Assembly: GCA_024137785.1 (NCBI GenBank)
Contig: JAHRHZ010000077.1
Location: 19,224,239-19,288,238 of the forward strand
DNA length: 64,000 nucleotides
Origin: Ginglymostoma cirratum
Lineage: Eukaryota
Reading direction: 5' to 3'
Shown here: in pieces, positions 25,213-37,341 of the stretch
Numbering within the stretch: position 1 is the first letter of the stretch
Layout of the letters: each line of letters begins with the position of its first letter
Position numbers and translations under genes: made by a program
Notes under the pieces: model-generated
Told to the model about the DNA's origin: nothing
Databases searched by the model: none
What the model saw: the letters and a program-made list of their open reading frames with translations, nothing else

Positions 25213-27049
25213 CTGTATTTTATAATGCACCTCCCTCGGCTGCCAAATATGAAGACCTTGGATTTAAGCTTTCCCTATGGTTAAGTATATGTTCCTGGAA
25301 AAACAAAACCTCCACTGTATCTCCAAAGTGTAGTTGCACCCTTCCTGTAAAGTATTGTGTTCTAGTTTTGACGTTACTACTATTTTATGCTATTGTAGCG
25401 TAGCTTTTTTGCCCTTATATTCTGTCCCAAAAGAGTGATGAAAAGTGCTAGCTTCAAGGACCTGTAGACGCGTACTTGAAGATGTCTCTATCTTTTAGAT
25501 TTTCTTGTATCCCTACTATTTCTTGGACAAACCCTTGGTCTTAAACCATTGCCCTCAAACTTAAATATGGGCAATTAGACGTGTGTTTAAAAAAAAAAAG
25601 CTGCCTGAAACTGGCAGGGGAAAGTCAGTGGATAAGTACTGGTAGGCATTTCAGATATTTCATTAAACTTGGCAAAGCTTTTTCCTGACAAAAAGGACTC
25701 AATGGAAATTTAACAAAATAGATACAACTTTTTGTGTAGTAACTAACAGTTGTTCTGACAGTGCTAAAACAGCCAACAGCATTATGCATATAATTTAGTT
25801 TGTTACAGAAAGTGTGAAACAGCTTACAGAAAGGGAAGGCAGATCAGTCAGATGTCAAACTCTGTTTAAATCAATCACTTACAAAGAAATACATTTGAAG
25901 CCCTAGAGGGAGGTTAAGGGGTTGTGCTCAAATCTGAAAAATAAATTACTGGAGATTTTGTGTAAAAGACAAAGGTGTCTTTGTTCCTTGGAATAGAGAT
26001 TTCTGTAATGGGGCACAACAGTGTTGAAGAACAATCTTCAGAGAGCTCAACAAGTCTCCAGTATGCCAGTGGTACAGTGAATAGAGAAATTTAAGATGGT
26101 TTTAAGGAAATATGATAGTGGGAAAGTAATGGATTTGGAATGAGAAAGGAAGCGCAGAATCAAAAAAGTGAACAGAAATAAATAGTAAGAAAACATTATC
26201 ACAGGGAAAAGAAGACCCTTTGAGGTTGAGAGGCACAGAGGGAATTAGATTTGTGTAAACTCTTTCACACCCAGAAGTATCTGAAAGCCCTTTGTAATCC
26301 ATAAAGTACTCATCAAGTGGAACATTAAAGTCAAAGTAAATTTCTTTCTTCCATATGTCAAAACAAAATGCTGTTGACTTTAATTCGTGTACTTGCATCA
26401 CTGTTGTTTGTGTCAAATTAAAGCTATGTAAACTTTAATTTCAGACGTTGTGTAAAAACGATTTTGGTTCATATTTAACCTTAAGAATTGAACTGTGTTG
26501 CTCCTGTGTGAAGAAAATGGATTTTTGTTTTATACCTTAATGGAATAGACACACTTGAGATTCTAAAAGGTTACTGAAAATTTTAGCGTTAATATTTCTT
26601 CAATTAAATCAACCACTTAAGCAGTGCAATTTGTTAATTTCTCCTACACCTGTGGTATCTTTGTAAAATGTTTCACCCACATATTTCTGTGGGTTGCATC
26701 CACAGAGTCTTGATATAATAACATGGGTGATCAAGAGCCAAATAGTAAAATTGAAAGCTATGGGATACGAGGGGCGGCAATGGTATGAATACTAAATTTT
26801 CTGACCGATAGAAAATGGAAAGTTGTACTGGCTGTTTCCCTGATGGTAGGGAAGTTACGTAGTAGTTAATGCACTGAAAATTCACTGTTTTCAATTTGCC
26901 TTAATATTTGGACTTGAGGAGTAGGAGCAATTTCAAAATTCACATAATATGAAACCCTGAGAGAGAGTACATTAGTGAGTATGGTTAGAATCCTTTTGAA
27001 TAGGACTTAGGCTGATGGAATGGGGAGATATGAATTTCAAAATACTTGC

Positions 27050-28280
27050 GATGTATTCGGGAAGAAAGAATGCAAAGAGTAAATAAATGGGAAAACTTTA
27101 AAGGGAAGATGCTGGAGGAGATGTCTTGGGTTCTTATGTTCAAATATTTGAAAATGACAGGATAGATTAACAAAGCGGTTAATAAAGTGCATTAGGTACT
27201 AAGGGCTTAGTTTGGTGCACTGCTGATGTCCGTGCCACTGGATCAGGAGGCCCATTAAGTGGCTAATTGGGAGGAAACAGCAAGTGGAGATGAGGGGGTG
27301 TCTTTCAGGTTGGTTACATGTGATCAGTGGGATTAGTATGGGGCCACAACTGTTTACAATTTAATGACTTGGAGGAAAGAATTCAAATGTACTGTAACCA
27401 AATTTGAAGATGACCCAATAAGTAGCAGATTTGTGAGAGGGATACAAACAGCTCACATAGAGGTATTGATAGGTTAGGTAAATTGACAGAAAGTTGGCAA
27501 AACCAGCACAATATAAGAAAATGTGAAGTCTTTCTTTTTGGAAAAAGAGAACAAAAGAACAGTATTTAAAAGGAGAAATCCTGCAGAAAGCTGCAACACA
27601 GTGTGACTTGGGATACTTGTGTGTGAAACACAAAGCTAGTCCGTGGGTGTAGCATGTAATCAGGAAGATTAATGGAATGTTTGCCCTTTTTCATAAGGGT
27701 TGGAGTTTGAGTAGAGAAGTCTTATTGCAACTGTACAGTATGCTGGTGAGACCACATCTGGAGTACTGAGCAGTTTTGGCCCCCTTTTTAAGGAAAGTGG
27801 TCATTTCATTTGAGGCAATTCTGAGAAGGTTCACAAAGATGATTCCTGGTACGGAGGGTTTTTTTTTTTGAGCAAAGGCTAAATAGATTGGGGCTCTACT
27901 CGCTGGAATTTAGCTTCGAGAGCCTATAAGAAGCCCTTAAGATACTTCAGGCGCTTGAGAAGGTAAATGCTGAGAGGATGTTTCTCCTCATTCTAGAGTC
28001 TACGACCAGAGAGCATAGTCTCAGAATAAAGACAGAAATTGGGAGGAATTTCTTCTGAGGATTGAGTGTCTTTGGAACTCCTTATCACAGAGCTGTGGAG
28101 GCAGTTATTATGTATGTTTAAGGCTGAGATAGATATCTTTGATCACCTCTCTGATCAAAAATTTGTGGGGATAACGCAGGAAAGTGGATATGAGAAATTT
28201 CAGATCAGACACGATCCTATTGAATGCTGGAGTAAACTAAAGGCATACTCCTATTCCTGTTTCTTCTCGCCATGGGATCT
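27050..28280 (+). mobile_element. Degenerate CR1-type LINE
   Basis: CTGGTGAGACCACATCTGGAGTACTG (LVRPHLEY) and a CR1 3'UTR. Confidence 0.8.
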
Positions 28281-29747
28281 TACTATAACTGAAGTTTAGT
28301 GCCATGTATACTGAGTGGACAGTCTGGTCAAGTCTGAGATGTGCTTTGGTTGTAGGTGTTATTCTTCAAGTGTAATTTACACTTAATATCAACAGCAATT
28401 TACCTCTTGCTTCACGGCTATTTATATTGATGTTGGTTTGATTGCTCTCACACAAACAATAAAAAGTGAACCTTTGTTCTCATGGGGTCTTTAATAAATT
28501 TGTTCTCTTTTGTTGGTCTCCCTGTGAATTGTAACACTAAACACTATTGTTGAAAGCAGTTCCTGTGTTCGATGGTCCAAAAACGGGTCCAATAACTGAA
28601 TTCTATCTCTGATTCTTTGGGAATAAATTTTTGTCACCTTTGCTCCATCAACATGTCTTCAGTTATCTTGCAACCTAGTCAATGTAGAACACCACATCAC
28701 AAATCTCTAAATATGCTTTGTATATCTTTGAGTTTTGTACACACCACCTATTTATAGTTTTTTGTTCAGCCTGATCCAACTGTGTGCAGAGACTTTATTA
28801 TACCTGGAACTAGTCAGATTTGAAGAACGAATATTGTATCTCAGACGGAGTTTCCTGAGCCGTTATATTGTTTCAGAGCTCTGAAATTATTCAATTGAGA
28901 TTCTAAATCCTTTTCTTTGATTTTAGCTGCAGATTTTCGTCTGATTAGCAGCTCCCAAACACACTTAAGTTCTGTGGGCTAAGTCTTAACCAGAAGCATT
29001 GATCTGGAACCTCCTCAACTATGCTAGTGAGATTCTTGATGGCATAGATTTACTAGCACATCGTTGTGTGGTTCTGGACAGTCACACACAGCTGCAGCAA
29101 CCTTTACATTTGTTGTGCGCTCCTATTGTACAGACACCACTAGATGATCTGAGTCGTTGTTTCACTTAAAACCTGAAGGTTCGATGTCCCTTTCAGTTAG
29201 GGTCTGACAGAAAAGATATGAGCTTTCATACCAAGGATTCTATTGCAGGGTATTTCTTTAATTAATGAATGGCAATGAAAATATTCAACAATTAATTTGT
29301 AGCTAGCATTCATTAATTTGGATAATGATAGTTGCGAAACATCTTGCTGTATTCATCTGTGTGTGGCTGCAATCAAACAAACATAACGTTACCTGAAGAC
29401 TTTAGATTTCTGTGAATTGCTTGAAGCACTGTTACATTTGGGGTTTTTTTTAACTCTTTTTTATTTCAAGTAGTGCTACTTTGAGAAGCTTTCTGTGAAG
29501 TCCTAGTGCATAAAGTTACAATTGATCAATATTAGGCTTCCAATTTAAAGGCTTTATCCAACTGTCTTGGATACACTAAACTGATGTTTTGGATAAATCT
29601 TAGAGCAAGGCCTCATCTGCTGTTTTTAGTATAAAAGATAACATTGTACTGTTCAATAAGGCTGGGAACAATTACATCTCAAAATAGCTGAACGTATACT
29701 GAGCATGCAAAATCTGTTTTGTCCTGACCGATTTGCTTCTCTTTCAG

Positions 29748-29802
29748 GTATTATGATCAACTGTGTGCCCTTGAGCCCAAGTTTCCATTCTCAGAAAATC
29801 AG
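29748..29802 (+). CDS. PDCD6IP: PDCD6IP coding exon 2
   Basis: Acceptor tttgcttctctttcag|G; encodes (R)YYDQLCALEPKFPFSENQ; donor CAG|GTATCT; 55 nt, in frame with exon 1. Confidence 0.96.
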
Positions 29803-29899
29803 GTATCTAAGTCAATCTGTTTAAGTAGCTGTTTTGTACTGACCTTTACAATCATTTCTTTACTGCATATTTGGAGTACTTCGAAGCAGAATTTACTAT

Positions 29900-30230
29900 G
29901 TTGCCTACCTCCTTGTAGTGGTGTTCCTCCTCTGCTTGACATAAAAGACCCCATTGCCTGATTGAAAGAGAAGCAGGCAGATTTTGCCATCGAGCTGGTG
30001 AACATTTATCTGTTGACACTGCTGAAGACCTGAAAAAACTGTAAACTCAGGATAAAATGCACTGGCATAATTGAGCCAGAACTTCTTGTTTTGGGTCCTT
30101 GTTATTTGTAAGTTGGCTGCTGTACTGGCCTGCAGGATAACAAGCAATAATTTTTAAAAGTCACTTAGTGGCCTTGAAGTACATTAGAATTATTCATGGT
30201 TGTGAAAAGCCTTTTAAAAATGTAATGTAT
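29900..30230 (+). mobile_element. Highly degenerate Deu-domain-like SINE
   Basis: ATAAAAGACCCCATTGC...GAAAGAGAAGCAGG...AACATTTATC...AAGTTGGCTGCTG. Confidence 0.45.
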
Positions 30231-30874
30231 AGTTGCTGAAAAGAGTCATTATCTCCTTCCCTTAGAATTCATGGAGATACCTTATGTCTCTCAAAACCTT
30301 CCGTCTGTAGTCTTCAGAATTTATTTCTCGTGTTTCTGTTGCTCTTGTTATCCTTGGTATTAGAATTTGATACTTGGATAGTAATTTACTTTTCTCTGTA
30401 TCCCTAAAAAATGCAAAGAAATATTTAATGAGAAAAGGTTTCAGTTTAATACTTAAATATATGAATGTCATATATTAATTGGGTCTTCCTGTGATGTTAA
30501 AGCATTAAACCTATAGGCTTGGAGAAATAGCCAATTATCATGTTGATTTTTAATTTTTTTAAATAGCTGAATGTTAGCTAGCATTACCCAGTTTGGCATT
30601 GGCACCCATTTTATGGATCCTCAGCTATTCCCATGAGAATCGAGAGACTTGAGAATAGGATGGGAAAGTGGATTTGAGGTAGAAGACCAGGCATCATTCT
30701 ACTGAATGGCATGATTGGACCTACTCGTGCTCCTATTTCCTACATTCTTTTCGGGCACTCGGGTGCAAACTTACAGCTTTATTAAATTTACAGAAGATGA
30801 ACCCACAATATGAGATAACAAGGCGTGGGGCTGGATGAACACAGCAGGCCAAGCAGCATCATAGGAGCAGGAAA

Positions 30875-31274
30875 NNNNNNNNNNNNNNNNNNNNNNNNNN
30901 NNNNNNNNNNNNNNNNNNNNNNNNNNNNNNNNNNNNNNNNNNNNNNNNNNNNNNNNNNNNNNNNNNNNNNNNNNNNNNNNNNNNNNNNNNNNNNNNNNNN
31001 NNNNNNNNNNNNNNNNNNNNNNNNNNNNNNNNNNNNNNNNNNNNNNNNNNNNNNNNNNNNNNNNNNNNNNNNNNNNNNNNNNNNNNNNNNNNNNNNNNNN
31101 NNNNNNNNNNNNNNNNNNNNNNNNNNNNNNNNNNNNNNNNNNNNNNNNNNNNNNNNNNNNNNNNNNNNNNNNNNNNNNNNNNNNNNNNNNNNNNNNNNNN
31201 NNNNNNNNNNNNNNNNNNNNNNNNNNNNNNNNNNNNNNNNNNNNNNNNNNNNNNNNNNNNNNNNNNNNNNNNNN
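30875..31274. other. Assembly gap (400 N)
   Basis: Run of N. Confidence 1.
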
Positions 31275-31309
31275 TTTCTGATGAAGGGTCTCGGCCCGAA
31301 ACGTCAAGC
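31275..31309 (+). ncRNA. Minimal hammerhead ribozyme motif, sense to the PDCD6IP pre-mRNA
   Basis: UUU-CUGAUGA-A-GGGU-CUCG-GCCC-GAAAC-GUC-AAG. Confidence 0.68.
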
Positions 31310-31706
31310 TTTCCTGCTCCTATGATGCTGCTTGGCCTGCTGTGTTCATCCCGCCCCACGCCTTGTTATCTTGGATTCTCCAGCATCTGCAGTACCTTTT
31401 ATCTCTGAACCCACAATATGAACTGGATGTATAATCAGCAGTGTGCTCTTGGTAGGACTGAGTCTTGAGAATATCGTTTGTCACATCTCTGTTCAGGAAA
31501 TCTTTTGTTCTTGGGTTAAATGTTAGTCTTGGAACGTACTCGTAGATTAACTCAAAATTATCGAGACGTTTTCTCCTACAAAATCTGTCCGGTCTTAAAA
31601 TATGCTCGCTTCAATAAACCGTGCATAATTATGCTAAGTGAGGAAATGATCATGTTAACTCCTCTAACTCCTTTCCTTTCTTAATGAAGATTATACTGCT
31701 TATGTA

Positions 31707-31802
31707 GTTCTGAGGAAGAGTCACCGGACCTGAAACATTAACTCTGTTTTTTCCTTCACAGTTGCTGCCAGACCTGCTGAGCTTTTCCAGCAACTGTGTT
31801 TT
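31707..31802 (+). mobile_element. pLTR of the second PLE family
   Basis: TTCTGAGGAAGAGTCACCGGACCTGAAACATTAACTCTG...GCTGCCAGACCTGCTGAG; flanked by repeated ATACTGCTTATGT, a probable TSD. Confidence 0.75.
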
Positions 31803-31927
31803 GATACTGCTTATGTTATCGTGACTGGTTCAGAAAATAGAATGAAATTCCACCAATTTACAGTAAATGTGTAGAATTGAAGGCAGATGAGTTTAAGTTC
31901 CTTAATCAGTGAAATTGCCAAAAAAAC

Positions 31928-32800
31928 TATAGACCGTAAGAAGTAGGAGCAGAATTCGGCTGTTCAGCCCATCACGTCTGCTCTGCCCTCTACAGGAAAG
32001 AATTTGACAGGTCCACTGCTCTGAGAGAAGAAATCCCTCCTCCTCTGTTTTTAAATGTGCGGTCCGTTATTCTGAGGTTATGTCCTTTGGTCCTAAACTT
32101 TACCACCAGGGGAGACCTCCTTTCTGCATCTACCCTGCCTAGTCCCTAACAGCCTTGTATATTTCAACAAGGCTGCCTTTCATTTTTGTAAATTCCAATG
32201 AGTACAGGCCTACCTACTCAATAGCTCCTTTTTAACATGGTCTCTACATATCTAGTATCAGTCTAGTGAACCTTCTCTGGGCTTCTTCCAATGTGAGCAT
32301 ACCTTTCCTTAGATAAGTATGATACACAGCATTCCAGCTGTAGTCTAACTAATGCCTTGTATAGTTTTAGCAAAAATCTCAACTTTTATGCTCCATCCCC
32401 TTCAAAATAAAGGCCAGCATTGTATTTGACTTCACCAGTCCCTATTGAACATGGATGCTAGCTTTTTGTGATTCATGGATTGGGATTCCCAAATCCCATT
32501 GTTCTGTAGCTTTCTTCAATTTTGCTCCATCTCCTCTCTTCATTTTGCCCAAGTGCATAAGCTCAGGTTTCCCCATATTATGTTTCATCTGCCACATTTT
32601 TCCTGCTTAACCACCTATAATCCCTCTGCAAAAGTTTTTTGTCATCCTATCTACTTGCCTTCCCATACTATTTTTGTCACTCGCAAACTTGGCAACAGTA
32701 ATTCAGTTTCTTCATTTAAGTCATTGATATATGTATTGTACATAATATGGTCTGAGCACTGATCTGTGGTACTCCACTCGTGTCAAGTTGCCATCCTGTC
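31928..32800 (-). mobile_element. Degenerate CR1-type LINE, 3' part
   Basis: CR1 3'UTR (AAGAAGTAGGAGCAGAA..GGC..TTCAGCCCATC) and ORF2 C-terminal remnants. Confidence 0.75.
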
Positions 32801-33094
32801 ATAAGTGAAAGCCGATTCCAAAGAGAATTGTTGCCTACTCATAGTGCTGCAGTGAAATGTAAGGTTCCCTTTCTGATAGCTGTGTTTACTAAATTGCTTC
32901 ATCAGAGGCTGAAGATGAACTAGTTGAATGGCTGAAAAGATTTTTGTTTATGGACATGTAAGATGAATCAAAAGGAAGATGTTACTTAAGACTTATCTCA
33001 CAAAGAAAATGGTGATCTCTGCAGAAAATCACATACCACCTTGGGTATAGCGCGCTCATTCAAGAATACAAATGTAGTAGATCTCAATAAAAAG

Positions 33095-34620
33095 CATTTA
33101 GCTATTTGTCGGCATTGGTTCTTGAACATTTTAGGCCAACAGTTCTTGCCCATCCTAATTGCTGTGGAAAGGTTGGTGATGAGCTGCCTTGAACAGTTGC
33201 GGTCCTTGGTGTAGGGATACCCACAGTGCTGTTGGGAGGGGAGCTCTGGGATTTTGACCCAGAGACCGTGGAAGAACAGTGATGTCATTTCAGGTCAGCA
33301 CATCGTGCCTTGGAGGGCAACTTGCAGGTAGTGGTGTTGTCATAAATCTATTGCCCTTGTTCTTCTCAGTGGCAATGGTCACAGTTTAGAAAGTGCTTTG
33401 AAAGCACCCTTTGGTGAGTTACTGCAGTGTATCTTGCAAGTAGAGAGTAGATGGGGTGCGTATCAGTTGGGTCACTTTGTACTGGATGTGTAGCGGGTTT
33501 TTTCTTTTGTGTTGCTGAAGCATCCAAACAAGTGAAAAATACTTCATCACACACCTGTTTTGTGCCTTAGAGATGTGGTCAGGCACTGGGGAGAAGGGAG
33601 AGCAGTTCCCCACCACATAATGTCTAGCTGCTGACCACTTGTAGCCACAGTATTCATACGGCTGGATGAGTTCAGTTTCTGGTCAACAGTAACCCTCAGG
33701 ATGTTGATAGTGGGATGTTTGTTGATGGTAATGACATTGAATGTCATGGTTGATGGTTAGATTCTCATTGTCTTGTTGGAGATGGTCATCGCTCAGCACC
33801 TGTGTGGTTGGAATGTTTACGTGCCTCTTACCAGCTCAAATCTGGATGTTGTCTTGCTACATATGGACATGGCTTTCTTCAGTATCTGTTGGGTTACAAA
33901 TGTTGTTGATCATTGTGCAATCATGAGCAAACATTCCCATTCTGACCTTTTTATTGAGTAAAAGTCATTTAAGCAGCTGAAGATGATTAGGCCTACGACA
34001 CTACCTTCAAGAGTAGGGGGTTGTTCTTGTGGTGCACTTGGAGTGTTCCTACTTCTGGGCCAGAGACTTGGATTCAAGTCCCATTTTGAATCCACACATT
34101 ACAACACATTCCTGAACAGGCTAGTTTTAGCATAAGTCCTAAGCCCGAGGCAGTTGACCTTCAGCAGTTACAACCTTCATCCTTTCTGTGAGGTATGATT
34201 CTGATCAGTGGTGAGTTTTCCCCTTGATTCCTGTTTACGCCAATTTCGTCAGAGCTCCTTGACACCGTACTCAGTCAAATGCTGCCTTGATCTCAAGGAG
34301 AATCACTCTAATCTCGAGTCTGGAATTTAGCTCTTTCTTTCATGTTTGGATCAAAGCCCTAATGTGATCAGAAGCCAAGTGGCCCTGGCAGAACTTGGGA
34401 GGGTCGGTGTAGACTCAGTGAACTGAATGGCCTCTTCCTGCATTGTTGGGAGTTTGGTACTATAGCCAGAATGTTGTAAGTGTTCCTAGTGTTTGCAGGA
34501 TCCAGTGCCTCCAACTCTTTCTTGATGCGACGTGGAGTGAATTGAATTGGTTGAAGACTGGCATCTGTGATGCTGGGGACCTCCGGAGCAGAACACGATG
34601 GATCATTCAATCAGCACTTT
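33095..34620 (-). mobile_element. Degenerate family-B LINE
   Basis: PEVPSITDASLQPIQFTPRRIKKELEALD and TINILRVTVDQKLN; tail TTGCCCATCCTAATTGC. Confidence 0.78.
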
Positions 34621-35859
34621 TCGTTGTTCTGCTACTATGTCTGGGCTAGAAGATCAAGCTTCAAGTTCCTTTTTTCAGATATATCTCGTAGCATTTCTGT
34701 ACAGGTTGATCAAACAACTGCAGGAATTTGATTGTGCCTTACTGTACCGCTACTGACCTAGTTATTAACATTAACTTTATCTTTAACTAATCCTTCTAGT
34801 CCAAAACTGCTTTGTGTAGTATTTCACTATAGCAACCTATTACTGGAGATTCCCCAGAGGTTTCCTGCTTGGTGATCACAGCTTTGAAGCTCTGCAGAAA
34901 TTTTGGGGAAATGTCGAATGTCATTTGTAAGGCCTTTTTTCATCTGGGAATTTTCCATACTCCCACAGTGAGGCAGTAGTGCTAATCACTGAGCCACCGT
35001 GCCACCTGTGTATATAGAAATTTTCATGAACGTAAACAATATTTACATAGATTTCACAATCAGCTGTGTGACTCAGCTGATTTTTGAAGCCAATCAAACC
35101 CATCTGCCAATTAAAACCTTCATGTAAGAATTTAAGTTAAAGCTGGAAATTTGTGGGCATGGCTTCCAGTTTTTGCATCAATTATTCTTCAGTTAATTGT
35201 ATATAGTAATATTCATTATTCAATATGAATGATATTACAAACTTAAACATGGTGTTTTTAAGATTGAATAATCAATTAATAAGCATTCTTGTATGTAGTT
35301 TGAGAAAATTAGATTGCATTTATGTGACATACATTGAAACATTTAAATCTGAAAATCACATTTGTCATACAGAATTGACTTGGAGGCTTTAAAACAAAGT
35401 TGTTTCAGCATGAACCCATTTTACATGTTAAAATTTTTCAAAAACCCAACAAAAACCCCTTAAATTTATTTGATTTGTTTAAACAAGTTGCTGGACCTCT
35501 CCTGTATGCGAATTATGGAAAGTACTGAACATGTTCTTGTTCAGATACAAAAATCCAGCCCTTTGCGACCAAATTGGAAGTTTTTGAAGAACTCATGTAA
35601 GCCAAGAAAAAGAAGACAGGATATCCCAAAACCTGTTGTAAAGAATGTTTTTTTTTAGTGCTATGATTGTTACATAGGCAAATAGCCATTGAACTCGTAG
35701 CCAGACTCCCCAAACAGAACTAAAATTTTAGGACCAGGAACATACACACTTTGTTGGAGCGATTAAGATTCAGCAATGTTGCTGTGGATCTAGAGTGGCA
35801 CACAGATGAGACCCTATAAGGCTATATTTACAATTCATAATAATTATGATAATAATTAT

Positions 35860-36075
35860 TAATAAATGCATTGAACTCGACCCCATATACATTCCACTAC
35901 GGAGGAAACCCAGAAGTGAGGCAATCCATCGCAACGGACCCCAGAGTTCCCACCTGGTTTTAACAACACACTGACACTTCATCGGAGGCTGCACTGAGGA
36001 TGTTACCAAGCATGGTAACAAAACGTCTGCGGAACAACAAACCAGCTCGGCGAGCCAACCAACCTCAACATCACC
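35860..36075 (+). mobile_element. 3' end of a fourth PLE family with a hammerhead-like fold
   Basis: INKCIELDPIYIPL-like C-terminus, then CTGCA-CTGAGGA-T-GTTACC-AAGCAT-GGTAAC-AAAAC-GTC-TGCGG. Confidence 0.7.
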
Positions 36076-36515
36076 CTGGGCCTTGAGATCACAAATCTAG
36101 TAACATTGCCACCATGCCATCTCCCCATTGCATTTAGACCTGAACTTTGGAGAAATTCCACCTATGCAACCTTTGCTTTCCATTCATTGCAACACTTCTG
36201 CAGTTAATGATTTCCTCAACCACTTCTCCACTTTCATTCTGCGGCCCCCATAAAAACCATTGCTTTCTTACTGTAGTGTTACCCCTGATACTGCCCTCAT
36301 CACTTGTTCCTAAGGGGCATGTTCATAGTAAGTGGTCAGCTTAAACCACCCATACTGTTTCCTTCATCCTTGCCTCCAAGAACAAGTGTGAGGTGTTTAC
36401 GGATTTTTTCATTTCTAAGATTGAGACACTCTGATCAGCTGCCTATGTTGCTTCTCTTCTCCAAGCCCAAAGGAGCCCCCCACTACACTCGGACTAGCTT
36501 CAGACTCTATACATG

Positions 36516-36595
36516 CGTTTAGTTCACAGGGCGGCGCAACATCGAGGGCCGAAGGGCCTGTTCTGCGCTGTATTGTTCTATGTTTCTATGTTCTT
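36516..36595 (+). mobile_element. Extremely 5'-truncated CR1 (3'UTR and microsatellite tail only)
   Basis: GGGCCGAAGGGCCTGTTCTGCGCTGTATTGTTCTATGTTTCTATGTTCT. Confidence 0.75.
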
Positions 36596-36680
36596 TACAA
36601 GCTTTTTGCTTGTCGTTCCTCAGGCTGTCATCTTGGCAATACAATCCACACCCTGCTCCCTTAATTCTGCATTTACTACT

Positions 36681-37022
36681 GGGAGGCGATGGCCTAGTGG
36701 TATTATCGCTGGACTGTTAATCCAGAGACCCAGATAATTGTCTGGTGCCCAGGTTCGAATCCCGTCAATGGAATTTGAATTCAATAAATATCTGGAATTA
36801 AGAATCTAATGATGACCGTGAATCCATTGTCAATTGTCGAAAAAACTCATCTGGTTCACTAATGCCCTTAAGGGAAGGAAACTGCCATCCTTACCTGGTC
36901 TGGCCTACGTGTGACTCCAGACCCACAGCAATGTGGTTGACTCTTAACTGCCCTCTGGGCAGTTAGGGGTGGGCAATAAATGCTGCCTAGCCAGCGACGC
37001 CCTCATTCCGTGAATGAATAAG
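36681..37022 (+). mobile_element. Full-length tRNA-derived SINE, family B
   Basis: A box TGGCCTAGTGG, B box GGTTCGAATCC, shared core, and tail GGGCAATAAATGCTG...TGAATGAATAA; CpGs retained. Confidence 0.9.
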
Positions 37023-37222
37023 CTAAATTCCAAACCTTGTACCTTCCTGTTTCTCAGGATGGATACAGTTACTGGTGTTTTCATTTCATGTACTGCCTTC
37101 CTCCCCTGTGAATCTGCCATCATCACCTCTCTCAAAAACAAAATAGGCCCTTGGCTGCTCTGTCTTTGTAAAACATAGATCCATTTCAAATCCCTTTTTC
37201 CGATTCATAGTCTTTGAATTTT

Positions 37223-37341
37223 GGTCTAGGCCCGAAACGTCAGCCTTCCTGCTCCTCTGATGCTGCTTGGCCTGCTGTGTTCATCCAGCTCTACACCTTG
37301 TTATCTCAGATTCTCCAGCATCTGCAGTTCCTACTGTCTCA
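37223..37341 (+). mobile_element. PLE pLTR, 5'-truncated within hammerhead stem II
   Basis: GGTCTAGGCCCGAAACGTCAGCCTTCCTGCTCC...GCAGTTCCTACTGTCTC. Confidence 0.85.

Larger units (their letters stand above)
30814..31405. mobile_element. Young PLE insertion with inverted pLTR arms spanning an assembly gap, 16-bp TSD
   Basis: TSD TGAACCCACAATATGA at 30798-30813 and 31406-31421; inverted arms on either side of 400 N. Confidence 0.88.

Noticed and set aside
30771-31359. ORFs of 166-178 aa
   Set aside because: Artefacts of translating through the N gap.
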